Shown: positions 11,374 to 21,551 of the stretch, piece after piece
Numbering within the stretch: position 1 is the stretch's first letter
Layout: every line of letters begins with the position of its first letter
Sequence record: OM135583.1
Reading direction: 5' to 3' (one strand)
Length of the DNA: 64,000 nt
DNA from: Escherichia phage EP01
Position numbers and translations under genes: made by a program
Notes under the pieces: generated by a model
What the model saw: the letters and a program-made list of their open reading frames with translations, nothing else
Database searches by the model: none
Told to the model about the DNA's origin: nothing

Positions 11374-12225
11374 TTATGGATAGGTATAGATGATACCAGT
11401 TTCTAAAGCAGTTTTATGAATGATGTATCCATTGCGCGATTCTTGAACATCAACTTCTGGATAGTCTTTCATCATCTTCTGAAGAGTGTAACGATGCAAG
11501 TAATATTTACTATCTGGGTCGTCAGTTTTCCAATCTTTACCTTCTTCGGTCATTTTTTGGATTTCATCCATAACCCACCAACCGCACCAGATATAAGCTG
11601 AAGTACGATGTGGAAGAGGATGAACATAAGGTAATTCACCTTCTGGTTCTTGAGCAACTTTATCATTCACAGTCAGTGATACTTCATTCGAAGTAACTTC
11701 CTTTGCATCATAATCTGTCGCGGTTACTTGAGCCACACACTTAATTGTTTTAACTCCGCTTGTGGAAGGAGTGTAATTAAATGTAGCGGAAGTTGCTTCA
11801 CTAACAGGAGAATCATCTACATACCATTGATATGTAGCAGATGCGCCTGATGGTTGAGAAGCTAAGGCAGCAGTAAATTGAACTGGGGTTCCAATTACTC
11901 CAGCAGCAGGACTAGCAGGAGTTACAGCTAAGGTAGTTGTCTGTGTCTTATTTTGAACTGTGATAGTTGTAGAAGCTTCTGCTGTTTCAGCATCAGAATC
12001 AGGAATAGTATTTGTTGCAACTACTTTAATAGTCTTTTGACCGGCAGGTCCTTTTAATACATAATCAAAAGTTGCTTCAGCTCCATCTTGTGGAACATTA
12101 TCTACAGTCCAAGCATAGGTAATAGTTCCACCTCCAGTTTCACCACTGGGTGTAGCAGTAAACTGCTGAGTCTGATCTATAACTCCAGTAGGTGTTTTAG
12201 GAGTTATATCAACTGTAAAAGCCAT
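11374..12225 (-). CDS. hoc: highly immunogenic outer capsid protein Hoc, short form, 283 aa
   Basis: N-terminal Ig-like repeats and C-terminal capsid-binding region match remembered T4 Hoc; only two Ig-like repeats visible. Confidence 0.88.
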   Translation of the reverse strand: MAFTVDITPKTPTGVIDQTQQFTATPSGETGGGTITYAWTVDNVPQDGAEATFDYVLKGPAGQKTIKVVATNTIPDSDAETAEASTTITVQNKTQTTTLAVTPASPAAGVIGTPVQFTAALASQPSGASATYQWYVDDSPVSEATSATFNYTPSTSGVKTIKCVAQVTATDYDAKEVTSNEVSLTVNDKVAQEPEGELPYVHPLPHRTSAYIWCGWWVMDEIQKMTEEGKDWKTDDPDSKYYLHRYTLQKMMKDYPEVDVQESRNGYIIHKTALETGIIYTYP

Positions 12226-12234
12226 AAGTTATCC

Positions 12235-12915
12235 TTATTTTAATGTTACGAAAGAAGAGTTGCGTGTTTCACGAATTAAAACTGATCCGTCACGGTTAAT
12301 GTAGTAAATTAAGCTAAATAAAGTTTGGTGTGCTGACGCGTGTTCAAAACTAGTTGGGTGAGATTTCCAATCCGGAGTTTCAGCAATCCATTGATAAATC
12401 CACCAAGGAACAGTACAGAATCCTGGATTTTTTCCAATCAACTGAAGATTCGGGCTAAAGTTTTCCGGAAGAGTAAATACAGACGGCTTTTCAGATTCAA
12501 TAATCTCAGCTACAGCCTGCTCAAATTTTTCTTCAACAAAAGGAGTATCTTCAATCAAAACATCGATATTTTCAGGAATTTTATCCGTTTCTACCACTTC
12601 AATTTTAATGTCAGATTTAACCGGAGAATCAATTAGAAGTGCTGCTTCTGGATTGACCTCTTCATCGTCATATTTTAATCCCTCTGCAGCATCAGCAGCA
12701 TTAATTAAGTCTTTAATAGATAACCCATCAGTCTCTGGCATAGGTTCACTAGCGAGCTTCTGGAGGGCTTCTTCAATATCAACAACGATATTATCAAAAG
12801 ATTTATTCTTTTTGACCTTTATACCAAACTGTTCAGCATATTCAGTTAATTTAGCTTTAGCTTCTTTATTATCATCAAGAGCCTTCAGCTCTGCAATATA
12901 ATCTTTATCTATCAT
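12235..12915 (-). CDS. inh: inhibitor of prohead protease, 226 aa
   Basis: Size and synteny (hoc-inh-segE) as T4; GAGGAAA SD. Confidence 0.82.
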   Translation of the reverse strand: MIDKDYIAELKALDDNKEAKAKLTEYAEQFGIKVKKNKSFDNIVVDIEEALQKLASEPMPETDGLSIKDLINAADAAEGLKYDDEEVNPEAALLIDSPVKSDIKIEVVETDKIPENIDVLIEDTPFVEEKFEQAVAEIIESEKPSVFTLPENFSPNLQLIGKNPGFCTVPWWIYQWIAETPDWKSHPTSFEHASAHQTLFSLIYYINRDGSVLIRETRNSSFVTLK

Positions 12916-12928
12916 AATATTTCCTCAG

Positions 12929-12936
12929 TATAAATA
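12929..12936 (+). promoter_or_regulatory. late promoter TATAAATA upstream of segE
   Basis: Exact 8-mer 29 nt upstream of segE ATG. Confidence 0.55.
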
Positions 12937-12964
12937 TAGATATATTTATTACTCGGAAAATAGT

Positions 12965-13582
12965 ATGTATCACTTTGTATATGAAACGACAAATCTAATA
13001 AATGGTAAAAAGTATATAGGAAAACACTCTACTGATGACTTGAATGATGGCTACCTTGGTTCCGGTAAGGCAATTCAGCAGGCTATAAAGAAATATGGTG
13101 AAAAGAATTTCTCTAGAACAATACTAAAAGAGTTTAAAACTTCCGAAGAAGCGTACATGTATGAAGAAGAAATTATAACTCCTGAACTAATAAAAAGCAA
13201 AAATTATTATAATATGAAACCTGGTGGAATTGGTGGAATTGTTATGACTGCAGAGGTTATAGCAAAGATGAAAGAATCTTCCGCTAAGAGATTTGAAAAC
13301 TCACCGGGCACGGTATTAGGTACAACTTGTTACACCAATGGAACTAAAAATATTTTTATTAAACCCGGAGAACTTGTTCCAGAAGGATTTGTAAAAGGGA
13401 TGGTTCATCTTAATAGAAAGTCCAGAAAAGGATGTAAAGTCAAACCGACTACCACAGGAACTTTTTGGGTCAATAATGGAGCAATAAATAAATTAATACA
13501 ACCAGACGGTATTATTCCCGATGGATTTATTAAAGGTCGTCTCATGAAAAGAGACTCTAAAGGCAAATTTAGTAAGGCATAA
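12965..13582 (+). CDS. segE: GIY-YIG homing endonuclease, 205 aa
   Basis: N-terminal GIY-YIG module (YHFVYETTNLINGKKYIGKH); size and position between inh and uvsW as T4 SegE. Confidence 0.9.
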   Translation: MYHFVYETTNLINGKKYIGKHSTDDLNDGYLGSGKAIQQAIKKYGEKNFSRTILKEFKTSEEAYMYEEEIITPELIKSKNYYNMKPGGIGGIVMTAEVIAKMKESSAKRFENSPGTVLGTTCYTNGTKNIFIKPGELVPEGFVKGMVHLNRKSRKGCKVKPTTTGTFWVNNGAINKLIQPDGIIPDGFIKGRLMKRDSKGKFSKA

Positions 13583-13584
13583 TT

Positions 13585-15093
13585 ATGGATATTAAAGTAC
13601 ATTTTCACGACTTCAGTCATGTACGCATCGATTGTGAAGAGAGCACGTTCCACGAATTAAGAGATTTCTTTTCGTTTGAGGCCGATGGATATAGGTTTAA
13701 TCCTCGCTTCAGATATGGCAACTGGGATGGACGAATCCGTCTTTTAGATTATAATCGCCTTCTTCCGTTTGGTTTAGTCGGGCAAATTAAAAAGTTCTGC
13801 GATAACTTTGGCTATAAAGCCTGGATTGACCCACAAATTAACGAAAAAGAAGAATTATCAAGAAAAGATTTTGATGAATGGCTTTCTAAATTAGAAATCT
13901 ATTCAGGAAATAAAAGAATTGAACCGCATTGGTATCAAAAAGATGCAGTGTTCGAAGGATTAGTTAATCGTCGTAGAATTCTTAATCTTCCAACATCCGC
14001 AGGTAAATCCTTAATTCAAGCTTTGCTTGCACGTTATTATTTGGAAAATTATGAAGGTAAAATTCTTATCATTGTTCCAACAACTGCTTTAACAACTCAG
14101 ATGGCTGATGACTTTGTTGATTATCGTTTATTCAGTCATGCAATGATAAAGAAAATTGGCGGTGGAGCATCAAAAGATGATAAATATAAAAATGATGCAC
14201 CGGTAATTGTTGGTACATGGCAAACTGTAGTAAAACAACCAAAAGAATGGTTCTCACAGTTTGGAATGATGATGAATGATGAATGCCATCTTGCCACAGG
14301 AAAAAGTATTTCATCTATCATATCAGGTTTAAATAACTGCATGTTCAAATTTGGTCTATCGGGTTCATTGCGTGATGGCAAAGCTAATATCATGCAGTAT
14401 GTTGGAATGTTTGGTGAAATATTTAAGCCAGTAACGACTTCTAAATTAATGGAAGATGGACAAGTAACTGAGTTAAAAATTAATAGTATTTTTCTTCGCT
14501 ATCCTGATGAGTTCACTACTAAATTAAAGGGAAAAACTTACCAAGAAGAAATAAAAATTATTACTGGGCTCAGTAAAAGAAATAAATGGATCGCTAAATT
14601 AGCTATTAAACTTGCACAAAAAGATGAAAACGCTTTTGTCATGTTTAAACATGTATCACATGGTAAAGCTATTTTCGATTTAATTAAAAATGAATACGAT
14701 AAAGTTTATTACGTATCAGGAGAAGTTGATACTGAAACCCGTAATGTAATGAAAACTTTAGCTGAAAACGGTAAAGGAATAATTATAGTAGCTAGTTATG
14801 GTGTATTTTCTACTGGTATTTCAGTTAAAAATCTGCATCACGTTGTTTTAGCGCACGGCGTTAAATCTAAAATTATTGTATTGCAAACAATAGGTCGCGT
14901 ATTACGTAAACATGGTTCTAAAACAATCGCAACGGTCTGGGACCTCATTGATGATTGCGGTGTTAAGCCAAAATCTGCTAATACGAAAAAGAAATACGTT
15001 CATTTGAACTATCTTTTAAAACACGGCATTGATCGTATTCAGCGATACGCAGATGAAAAATTTAATTACGTAATGAAAACAGTTAATTTATAA
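13585..15093 (+). CDS. uvsW: UvsW SF2 helicase, 502 aa
   Basis: Walker A-like LPTSAGKS and DEAH-like MMNDECH motifs; size as T4 UvsW. Confidence 0.92.
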   Translation: MDIKVHFHDFSHVRIDCEESTFHELRDFFSFEADGYRFNPRFRYGNWDGRIRLLDYNRLLPFGLVGQIKKFCDNFGYKAWIDPQINEKEELSRKDFDEWLSKLEIYSGNKRIEPHWYQKDAVFEGLVNRRRILNLPTSAGKSLIQALLARYYLENYEGKILIIVPTTALTTQMADDFVDYRLFSHAMIKKIGGGASKDDKYKNDAPVIVGTWQTVVKQPKEWFSQFGMMMNDECHLATGKSISSIISGLNNCMFKFGLSGSLRDGKANIMQYVGMFGEIFKPVTTSKLMEDGQVTELKINSIFLRYPDEFTTKLKGKTYQEEIKIITGLSKRNKWIAKLAIKLAQKDENAFVMFKHVSHGKAIFDLIKNEYDKVYYVSGEVDTETRNVMKTLAENGKGIIIVASYGVFSTGISVKNLHHVVLAHGVKSKIIVLQTIGRVLRKHGSKTIATVWDLIDDCGVKPKSANTKKKYVHLNYLLKHGIDRIQRYADEKFNYVMKTVNL

Positions 15094-15108
15094 GGGCTTC
15101 GGCCCTTT
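15094..15108 (+). terminator. short UUCG hairpin between uvsW and uvsW.1 (function uncertain)
   Basis: GGGC, TTCG loop, GCCC, TTT; only a 4-bp stem. Confidence 0.3.
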
Positions 15109-15118
15109 GGAGAAAAAG

Positions 15119-15349
15119 ATGTTACTAGAATTTAAACAATTTCTTTATGAAGCTTCTATTGATGAATTTATGGGTAAAATTGCCTCTTGTCAAACATTAG
15201 AAGGTCTAGAAGAACTTGAAGCTTATTATAAGAAAAGAGTTAAAGAAACTGAATTAAAAGATACTGATGACATCTCTGTGAGAGATGCTTTGGCAGGAAA
15301 AAGAGCTGAATTAGAAGATTCAGACGATGAAGTAGAAGAAAGCTTTTAA
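15119..15349 (+). CDS. uvsW.1: UvsW.1 small acidic protein, 76 aa
   Basis: Track ORF starts at TTG 15107; ATG at 15119 gives MLLEFKQFLYEA as in T4 UvsW.1. Confidence 0.8.
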   Translation: MLLEFKQFLYEASIDEFMGKIASCQTLEGLEELEAYYKKRVKETELKDTDDISVRDALAGKRAELEDSDDEVEESF

Positions 15350-15404
15350 ATTAAAAAAGGCCCAACCAAAAAGGAAGGGCCAAAACTATAGACTAAAGGT
15401 CACA

Positions 15405-15572
15405 CTATAGCAAAAGTTGTGTTTCATTTAATTGTTCTTCCGAACTTTCTGAAACTGGTAGTTCTTTAATGTAATTATAGCAAGGCCCAGGATGTACAGG
15501 ACCTTTGTCTGTTTCAACAACCAATGCAGAATCGATTGGAGTTTTACAGACAACACAAATCTTATCTGACAT
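15405..15572 (-). CDS. small Cys-containing protein, 55 aa (position of T4 uvsY.-2); absent from ORF track (<60 aa)
   Basis: My translation: MSDKICVVCKTPIDSALVVETDKGPVHPGPCYNYIKELPVSESSEEQLNETQLLL; minus-strand TATAAATA 25 nt upstream. Confidence 0.5.
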   Translation of the reverse strand: MSDKICVVCKTPIDSALVVETDKGPVHPGPCYNYIKELPVSESSEEQLNETQLLL

Positions 15573-15597
15573 GATTGTCTCCTCTAAATTATATATC

Positions 15598-15605
15598 TAT
15601 TTATA
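15598..15605 (-). promoter_or_regulatory. late promoter (TATAAATA on minus strand) for the 55-aa ORF
   Basis: Plus-strand TATTTATA, 25 nt upstream of minus-strand ATG 15572. Confidence 0.5.
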
Positions 15606-15825
15606 TAACTCTCATATGCATATCAATGCCCATATCTTTAGAATAAAAATATTCATCAAGATATCCGGCAAATTTTCCTTTAATATAAAGTACATCTTCA
15701 CCGCATGGGTGGTCGGCCAGGATACGAATATCCTGACGCTTGAGATTATACTTTTTCATTAAGAATTGAATTTCCGTTTCGAATTCTTCTTCATAATTAA
15801 AAGCATCATCAATGCTATATTTCAT
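15601..15825 (-). CDS. hypothetical protein, 74 aa (position of T4 uvsY.-1)
   Basis: Start overlaps the uvsY stop; same-strand compact array. Confidence 0.7.
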   Translation of the reverse strand: MKYSIDDAFNYEEEFETEIQFLMKKYNLKRQDIRILADHPCGEDVLYIKGKFAGYLDEYFYSKDMGIDMHMRVI

Positions 15826-16238
15826 TATTTTCCAGCCTCAAATGCTCGCATGTCTTGAATATGCTTAATAGCAAATCCACGTGATTTAATAGCATCAAGA
15901 GCTCCGCTACAGAAATCCAATAAAATTCCCCAATATTGTAATGAAGTATCAACTTTTAAAACATCCTTATCAGCTGATAGAACTGTCTTCATTTCTGATT
16001 TCTCATAACGGTCCATACTAAATTCATCACCATCTCCTCGTCCCGAGTAGTAGTCTAATTTAGCTTTAAGAGCAACTTTTTTCTGTGCATCAATTCTAAG
16101 CATTTCCTTTTTAATACTTGAATGCTTATTAAGCCATTTACTATATAACATCACATTATTAGCTGCTTCATACTGTAATTTAGTCGAATCTATAAACACA
16201 TCTTTCTTCAATTCTTCTTGAAGATCTTCTAATCTCAT
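15825..16238 (-). CDS. uvsY: recombination mediator UvsY, 137 aa
   Basis: Size and sequence as T4 UvsY; MotA-box middle promoter upstream. Confidence 0.95.
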   Translation of the reverse strand: MRLEDLQEELKKDVFIDSTKLQYEAANNVMLYSKWLNKHSSIKKEMLRIDAQKKVALKAKLDYYSGRGDGDEFSMDRYEKSEMKTVLSADKDVLKVDTSLQYWGILLDFCSGALDAIKSRGFAIKHIQDMRAFEAGK

Positions 16239-16278
16239 ATTGTTCTCTATTCAATTGTTATTGGATGGACTTAGATTC

Positions 16279-16306
16279 ATTATACCACGTTTACACGTGA
16301 AGCATT
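16279..16306 (-). promoter_or_regulatory. MotA-dependent middle promoter for uvsY
   Basis: Minus strand AATGCTTCA, 13-nt spacer, TATAAT. Confidence 0.75.
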
Positions 16307-16703
16307 ATACTCTATTACTGGAAGCCAGTTGTAGTTTTATCTGTTCAATATCATCAGGGTTATCGATGACCGAAAAGCGTATTTCTACTATCAGAGTATA
16401 ATCATCATAAACTGGTATTACATTAACTGCTAATTTATCAATACGTGGCTCGTAGTTTCTTACTGCGCTTTCGATGTTACGCTCAACTGTATCAGCAGTA
16501 AGAGGAGTCATATTCTCAAAAAGTTGATCAGATAAATCACATCCAAATTCTGGGTCAAAAGGTCTCGACCCCTTTCTGGTTGTAATAATTCCTAAAAGAC
16601 TGTTTTTAATTGACCTTAATCCAAGAGATCTGGAAACGTCTTTGTCCCAATCCATTTTCATTTCTGGGTCAATGTCAGAATAAAGCTTATTAATATTTGC
16701 CAT
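16305..16703 (-). CDS. 25: baseplate wedge protein, 132 aa
   Basis: Size and synteny (26-25) as T4 gp25. Confidence 0.92.
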   Translation of the reverse strand: MANINKLYSDIDPEMKMDWDKDVSRSLGLRSIKNSLLGIITTRKGSRPFDPEFGCDLSDQLFENMTPLTADTVERNIESAVRNYEPRIDKLAVNVIPVYDDYTLIVEIRFSVIDNPDDIEQIKLQLASSNRV

Positions 16704-17329
16704 TACAATAGCTCAAAGAATTCTTTGAGTCCTCTTATTACATGAGCGTGAGATTTTCCACACTCTGGACATTTAATTGGAACAGCCAAATAAACAGTAG
16801 GCTTTAAAAGCATATCTTTTATAGCTACAATATCTGACTCTGTGATGATAGAATATAAATCTTCCAACTCTTTTTCATTTAAGTCTTCAACTGGAATGCT
16901 TTCACCGTTAGCATGAATCGTTTCTATACATGATACTATCATGTGGGCTATATTTTTATCATCAAAAATTTTAGGGTAATGGAACTTAATTTTAATGTCA
17001 CCCAGTGTATACCAGAGGTCTTCTGGTGCATCTATTTGTGTATGTAATAGATTTATATGGGTTGGTATTTCAGTTCCACAGGTGCACTTCCAGGAGTTTT
17101 CGTGATTAACTTCTCCAAGAGAATGTGCCCATAAATGAATCAGCAGTAGTTCTGATTCTTGGCGGTTTAAATCTTTTGCATTTGTGCAGTCTTTGATTAG
17201 CTTTTTAACAATCTCTTCGACTGAACCGTTCTTTTTAGCAGTAATAAGTTCTAGATATTCTTTAAGAGTAAATGCGCGACAGTTGATTATTTTAGAACCA
17301 ACTCTCACGTCAAATTTGTATTTATACAT
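16703..17329 (-). CDS. 26: baseplate hub protein, 208 aa
   Basis: Size and synteny, divergent from gene 51; late promoter upstream. Confidence 0.9.
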   Translation of the reverse strand: MYKYKFDVRVGSKIINCRAFTLKEYLELITAKKNGSVEEIVKKLIKDCTNAKDLNRQESELLLIHLWAHSLGEVNHENSWKCTCGTEIPTHINLLHTQIDAPEDLWYTLGDIKIKFHYPKIFDDKNIAHMIVSCIETIHANGESIPVEDLNEKELEDLYSIITESDIVAIKDMLLKPTVYLAVPIKCPECGKSHAHVIRGLKEFFELL

Positions 17330-17350
17330 ATTTAGCTCCTTTATTTATCA

Positions 17351-17358
17351 TATTTATA
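17351..17358 (-). promoter_or_regulatory. late promoter (TATAAATA on minus strand) for gene 26
   Basis: Plus-strand TATTTATA, 21 nt upstream of gene 26 ATG. Confidence 0.6.
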
Positions 17359-17362
17359 AATA
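17355..17362 (+). promoter_or_regulatory. late promoter TATAAATA for gene 51
   Basis: Exact 8-mer 18 nt upstream of ATG; overlaps minus-strand motif. Confidence 0.65.
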
Positions 17363-17379
17363 GAATAAAAGGAGCATCT

Positions 17380-18129
17380 ATGGCAAACATTATTCGTTGT
17401 AAATTACCAGATGGTGTTCATCGTTTTAAACCATTTACGGTAGAAGATTATCGAGATTTTTTGTTAGTTCGAAACGATATAGAACATCGGTCACCACAAG
17501 AACAAAAAGAAATAATTGCTGATTTAATTGCCGATTATTTTGGAGACTATCCGAAGACTTGGCAGCCATTTATATTTTTGCAGGTATTTGTAGGGTCAAT
17601 AGGTAAAACTAAAGTACCGGTCACATTTGTATGTCCAAAATGTAAAAAAGAAAAGACAGTTCCATTTGAAATATATCAAAAAGAACTAAAGGAACCTGTT
17701 TTTGATGTAGCTAATGTTAAAATTAAATTAAAGTTTCCTTCTGAGTTTTATGAAAATAAAGCAAAGATGATTACTGAAAATATTCATTCTGTTCAAGTAG
17801 ATGAAACATGGTATGATTGGAAGGAAATTAGCGAATCAAGTCAAATAGAACTTGTTGACGCCATCGAGATAGAAACATTAGAAAAAATTCTCGATGCAAT
17901 GAATCCTATTAATTTAACATTGCATATGTCGTGTTGTAATAAGTATGTAAAAAAATACACTGATATAGTAGATGTGTTTAAGCTATTAGTTAACCCAGAT
18001 GAGATATTTACTTTTTATCAAATTAATCACACACTCGTAAAAAGTAATTATAGTTTAAATTCAATAATGAAAATGATTCCTGCCGAGCGCGGATTCGTAT
18101 TAAAACTGATTGAGAAGGATAAACAATAA
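17380..18129 (+). CDS. 51: baseplate hub assembly catalyst, 249 aa
   Basis: Size and synteny as T4 gp51; TATAAATA 18 nt upstream. Confidence 0.9.
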   Translation: MANIIRCKLPDGVHRFKPFTVEDYRDFLLVRNDIEHRSPQEQKEIIADLIADYFGDYPKTWQPFIFLQVFVGSIGKTKVPVTFVCPKCKKEKTVPFEIYQKELKEPVFDVANVKIKLKFPSEFYENKAKMITENIHSVQVDETWYDWKEISESSQIELVDAIEIETLEKILDAMNPINLTLHMSCCNKYVKKYTDIVDVFKLLVNPDEIFTFYQINHTLVKSNYSLNSIMKMIPAERGFVLKLIEKDKQ

Positions 18130-19304
18130 TGAGTATGTTGCAACGCCCAGGATATCCAAATCTCAGCGTTAAATTGTTTGATAGCTACGACGCTTGGAGT
18201 AATAATAGATTTGTTGAATTAGCTGCTACTATTACCACATTAACTATGCGGGATTCTCTTTATGGCCGAAATGAAGGAATGCTGCAGTTTTATGATTCTA
18301 AAAATATCCATACAAAAATGGATGGAAATGAAATAATTCAGATTTCTGTAGCTAATGCAAACGATATTAATAATGTTAAAACAAGAATTTATGGATGTAA
18401 GCATTTTTCAGTGTCAGTAGATTCAAAAGGTGATAACATCATTGCTATTGAATTGGGAACTATTCATTCTATAGAAAATCTTAAATTTGGCAGACCGTTT
18501 TTCCCTGATGCAGGTGAATCTATAAAAGAAATGCTTGGCGTCATTTATCAAGACCGTACGCTATTGACTCCACCTATAAATGCTATAAATGCTTATGTTC
18601 CTGATATTCCGTGGACTAGTACATTTGAAAACTATTTGTCATATGTCAGAGAAGTTGCTCTAGCTGTAGGAAGTGACAAATTTGTGTTTGTGTGGCAAGA
18701 CATCATGGGAGTTAACATGATGGACTATGATATGATGATAAATCAAGAACCGTATCCAATGATTGTCGGTGAGCCATCTTTAATAGGTCAATTCATCCAA
18801 GAATTAAAATATCCATTAGCGTATGATTTCGTTTGGTTGACTAAATCGAATCCTCACAAACGCGACCCAATGAAAAACGCTACTATCTATGCTCATTCAT
18901 TTTTGGATTCTTCATTGCCAATGATTACTACAGGAAAAGGCGAAAACTCTATTGTAGTGTCAAGGTCAGGTGCTTATTCTGAAATGACTTATAGGAATGG
19001 ATATGAAGAGGCTATTCGTCTTCAAACTATGGCACAATACGATGGCTATGCTAAATGTTCTACTGTCGGTAATTTTAACTTGACACCTGGCGTTAAAATT
19101 ATTTTTAATGATAGTAAAAACCAATTTAAAACAGAATTTTACGTTGATGAAGTTATCCACGAATTATCCAATAATAATTCAGTAACTCATCTATATATGT
19201 TCACTAATGCAACGAAACTGGAAACAATAGACCCAGTTAAGGTTAAAAATGAATTTAAATCTGATACTACCACTGAAGAAAGTAGTTCTTCCAATAAGCA
19301 ATAA
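18129..19304 (+). CDS. 27: baseplate hub protein, 391 aa
   Basis: ATGA-type junction with 51; size as T4 gp27. Confidence 0.92.
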   Translation: MSMLQRPGYPNLSVKLFDSYDAWSNNRFVELAATITTLTMRDSLYGRNEGMLQFYDSKNIHTKMDGNEIIQISVANANDINNVKTRIYGCKHFSVSVDSKGDNIIAIELGTIHSIENLKFGRPFFPDAGESIKEMLGVIYQDRTLLTPPINAINAYVPDIPWTSTFENYLSYVREVALAVGSDKFVFVWQDIMGVNMMDYDMMINQEPYPMIVGEPSLIGQFIQELKYPLAYDFVWLTKSNPHKRDPMKNATIYAHSFLDSSLPMITTGKGENSIVVSRSGAYSEMTYRNGYEEAIRLQTMAQYDGYAKCSTVGNFNLTPGVKIIFNDSKNQFKTEFYVDEVIHELSNNNSVTHLYMFTNATKLETIDPVKVKNEFKSDTTTEESSSSNKQ

Positions 19305-19782
19305 AGAAGTTTCTATTCCTAAAATGGGTCTTAAACATTATAACATTTTAAAAGATGTTAAAGGTCCTGATGAAAATTTAAAACTTCTTATTGATTCTAT
19401 TTGTCCGAATTTATCACCGGCAGAAGTTGATTTCGTTTCTATTCATTTATTGGAATTTAATGGAAAGATTAAATCTCGTAAAGAAATAGATGGTTATACT
19501 TATGACATTAATGATGTTTATGTATGCCAAAGATTGGAATTTCAATACCAAGGAAATACATTTTATTTTAGACCGCCTGGAAAATTTGAACAATTTTCAA
19601 CTGTGAGCGATATGTTATCCAAATGCTTGCTTAAGGTCAATGATGAAGTTAAAGAAATTAATTTTCTTGAGATGCCAGCATTCGTTTTAAAATGGGCAAA
19701 TGATATTTTTACAACTTTAGCAATTCCTGGCCCTAATGGTCCAATAACCGGAATTGGCAATATTATTGGATTATTTGAATGA
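19249..19782 (+). CDS. 28: baseplate hub distal subunit, 177 aa
   Basis: Overlaps 3' end of gene 27 in another frame; size as T4 gp28. Confidence 0.82.
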   Translation: MNLNLILPLKKVVLPISNKEVSIPKMGLKHYNILKDVKGPDENLKLLIDSICPNLSPAEVDFVSIHLLEFNGKIKSRKEIDGYTYDINDVYVCQRLEFQYQGNTFYFRPPGKFEQFSTVSDMLSKCLLKVNDEVKEINFLEMPAFVLKWANDIFTTLAIPGPNGPITGIGNIIGLFE

Positions 19783-21551
19783 AAAAGCCACAAGAAATGC
19801 AAACGATGCGTAGAAAAGTTATTTCAGATAATAAACCAACACAGGAAGCGGCTAAATCCGCTTCTAACACTTTATCTGGACTTAACGATATATCTACGAA
19901 ATTGGATGATGCTCAAGCTGCTTCTGAATTAATTGCTCAAACTGTCGAAGAAAAATCGAATGAAATAATTGGAGCAATTGACAGTGTAGAAAGCGCAGTG
20001 AGTGATACTACTGCTGGTTCTGAGTTAATTGCTGAAACTGTCGAAATTGGCAATAATATTAATAAAGAAATCGGTGAATCACTCGGGAGCAAATTAGATA
20101 AATTAACAAGTTTACTAGAGCAAAAAATTCAGACAGCTGGAATTCAACAGACTGGAACTAGTTTAGCCACAGTTGAAAGCGCTATTCCTGTTAAAGTTGT
20201 TGAGGACGATACAGCTGAATCTGTGGGTCCTTTATTACCAGCTCCTGAAGCAGTTAATAATGATCCTGATGCTGATTTTTTCCCTACCCCTCAGCCAGTT
20301 GAGCCCAAACAAGAATCGCCAGAAGAAAAACAGAAAAAAGACGCATTTAACTTAAAATTATCTCAAGCTTTAGATAAATTAACGAAGACTGTTGATTTTG
20401 GATTTAAGAAATCCATTTCAATTACTGATAAAATATCAAGCATGCTATTTAAGTATACCGTCAGTGCTGCTATTGAAGCTGCTAAAATGACTGCAATGAT
20501 ATTGGCTGTTGTTGTCGGAATAGACCTGCTGATGGTTCACTTTAAATATTGGTCAGATAAATTTTCACAGGCTTGGGATTTGTTCAGTACAGACTTTACT
20601 AAATTCTCTAGCGAAACCGGAACATGGGGTCCTTTATTACAGAGCATCTTTAGTTCTATTGATGAAATTAAAAAATTCTGGGAAGAGGGAGATTGGGGCG
20701 GTTTGACGGTAGCTATTGTAGAAGGGCTTGGAAAGGTTCTTTATAATTTAGGAGAACTTATTCAATTAGGTATGGCTAAATTATCTGCGGCAATTCTTCG
20801 AGTCATTCCTGGTATGAAGGATACTGCTGATGAAGTAGAAGGAAGAGCACTAGAAAATTTCCAAAATTCTACTGGAGCATCTCTCAATAAAGAAGACCAG
20901 GAAAAAGTTGCAAATTATCAAGATAAACGAATGAACGGAGACCTTGGTCCGATAGCAAAAGGATTAGATAAAATTGCTAATTGGAAAACTCGTGCATCTA
21001 ACTGGATTCGTGGCGTTGATAATAAAGAAGCACTAACTACCGACGAAGAACGTGCAGCGGAAGAAGAAAAATTAAAGCAACTTTCACCTGAAGAAAGAAA
21101 AAATGCTTTAATGAAGGCTAATGAAGCCCGTGCCGCAATGATTCGCTTTGAAAAATATGCTGATTCAGCTGATATGAGTAAAGACTCAACGGTTAAATCA
21201 GTTGAAGCTGCCTATGAAGACCTTAAAAAACGGATGGATGACCCGGATTTAAATAATTCACCGGCAGTTAAAAAAGAACTTGCTGCTAGATTTTCTAAAA
21301 TTGATGCTACTTATCAAGAGCTCAAGAAAAATCAGCCTAATGCCAAACCTGAAACTTCTGCTAAATCGCCAGAAGCAAAACAAGTCCAGGTAATAGAAAA
21401 GAACAAAGCACAGCAAGCTCCTGTTCAACAAGCATCTCCTTCGATCAATAATACTAATAATGTTGTTAAGAAAAATACTGTCGTTCATAATATGACACCC
21501 GTAACGAGCACGACTGCTCCTGGTGTATTTGATGCGACTGGAGTTAATTAA
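19779..21551 (+). CDS. 29: baseplate hub / tail length determinator, 590 aa
   Basis: Size and synteny as T4 gp29. Confidence 0.9.
   Translation: MKKPQEMQTMRRKVISDNKPTQEAAKSASNTLSGLNDISTKLDDAQAASELIAQTVEEKSNEIIGAIDSVESAVSDTTAGSELIAETVEIGNNINKEIGESLGSKLDKLTSLLEQKIQTAGIQQTGTSLATVESAIPVKVVEDDTAESVGPLLPAPEAVNNDPDADFFPTPQPVEPKQESPEEKQKKDAFNLKLSQALDKLTKTVDFGFKKSISITDKISSMLFKYTVSAAIEAAKMTAMILAVVVGIDLLMVHFKYWSDKFSQAWDLFSTDFTKFSSETGTWGPLLQSIFSSIDEIKKFWEEGDWGGLTVAIVEGLGKVLYNLGELIQLGMAKLSAAILRVIPGMKDTADEVEGRALENFQNSTGASLNKEDQEKVANYQDKRMNGDLGPIAKGLDKIANWKTRASNWIRGVDNKEALTTDEERAAEEEKLKQLSPEERKNALMKANEARAAMIRFEKYADSADMSKDSTVKSVEAAYEDLKKRMDDPDLNNSPAVKKELAARFSKIDATYQELKKNQPNAKPETSAKSPEAKQVQVIEKNKAQQAPVQQASPSINNTNNVVKKNTVVHNMTPVTSTTAPGVFDATGVN

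Noticed and set aside
15350-15404. Possible hairpin GGCCC ... GGGCC after uvsW.1
   Set aside because: 5-bp stem with a 13-nt A-rich loop; too weak to call a terminator.
15505-15762. 85-aa plus-strand ORF
   Set aside because: Antisense to the uvsY.-1-like gene and overlapping the 55-aa minus-strand ORF and its promoter; no SD.
16290-16316. Plus-strand TTTACA, 17 nt, TATTAC upstream of uvsY
   Set aside because: Points away from any plus-strand gene and overlaps the well-supported minus-strand MotA-box promoter; likely a by-product of that AT-rich promoter.
17319-17326. TATAAATA on the minus strand inside the first codons of gene 26
   Set aside because: Created by the codons ATG-TAT-AAA-TAC and ~600 nt upstream of gene 25; plausibly coincidental, so not listed as a promoter feature.
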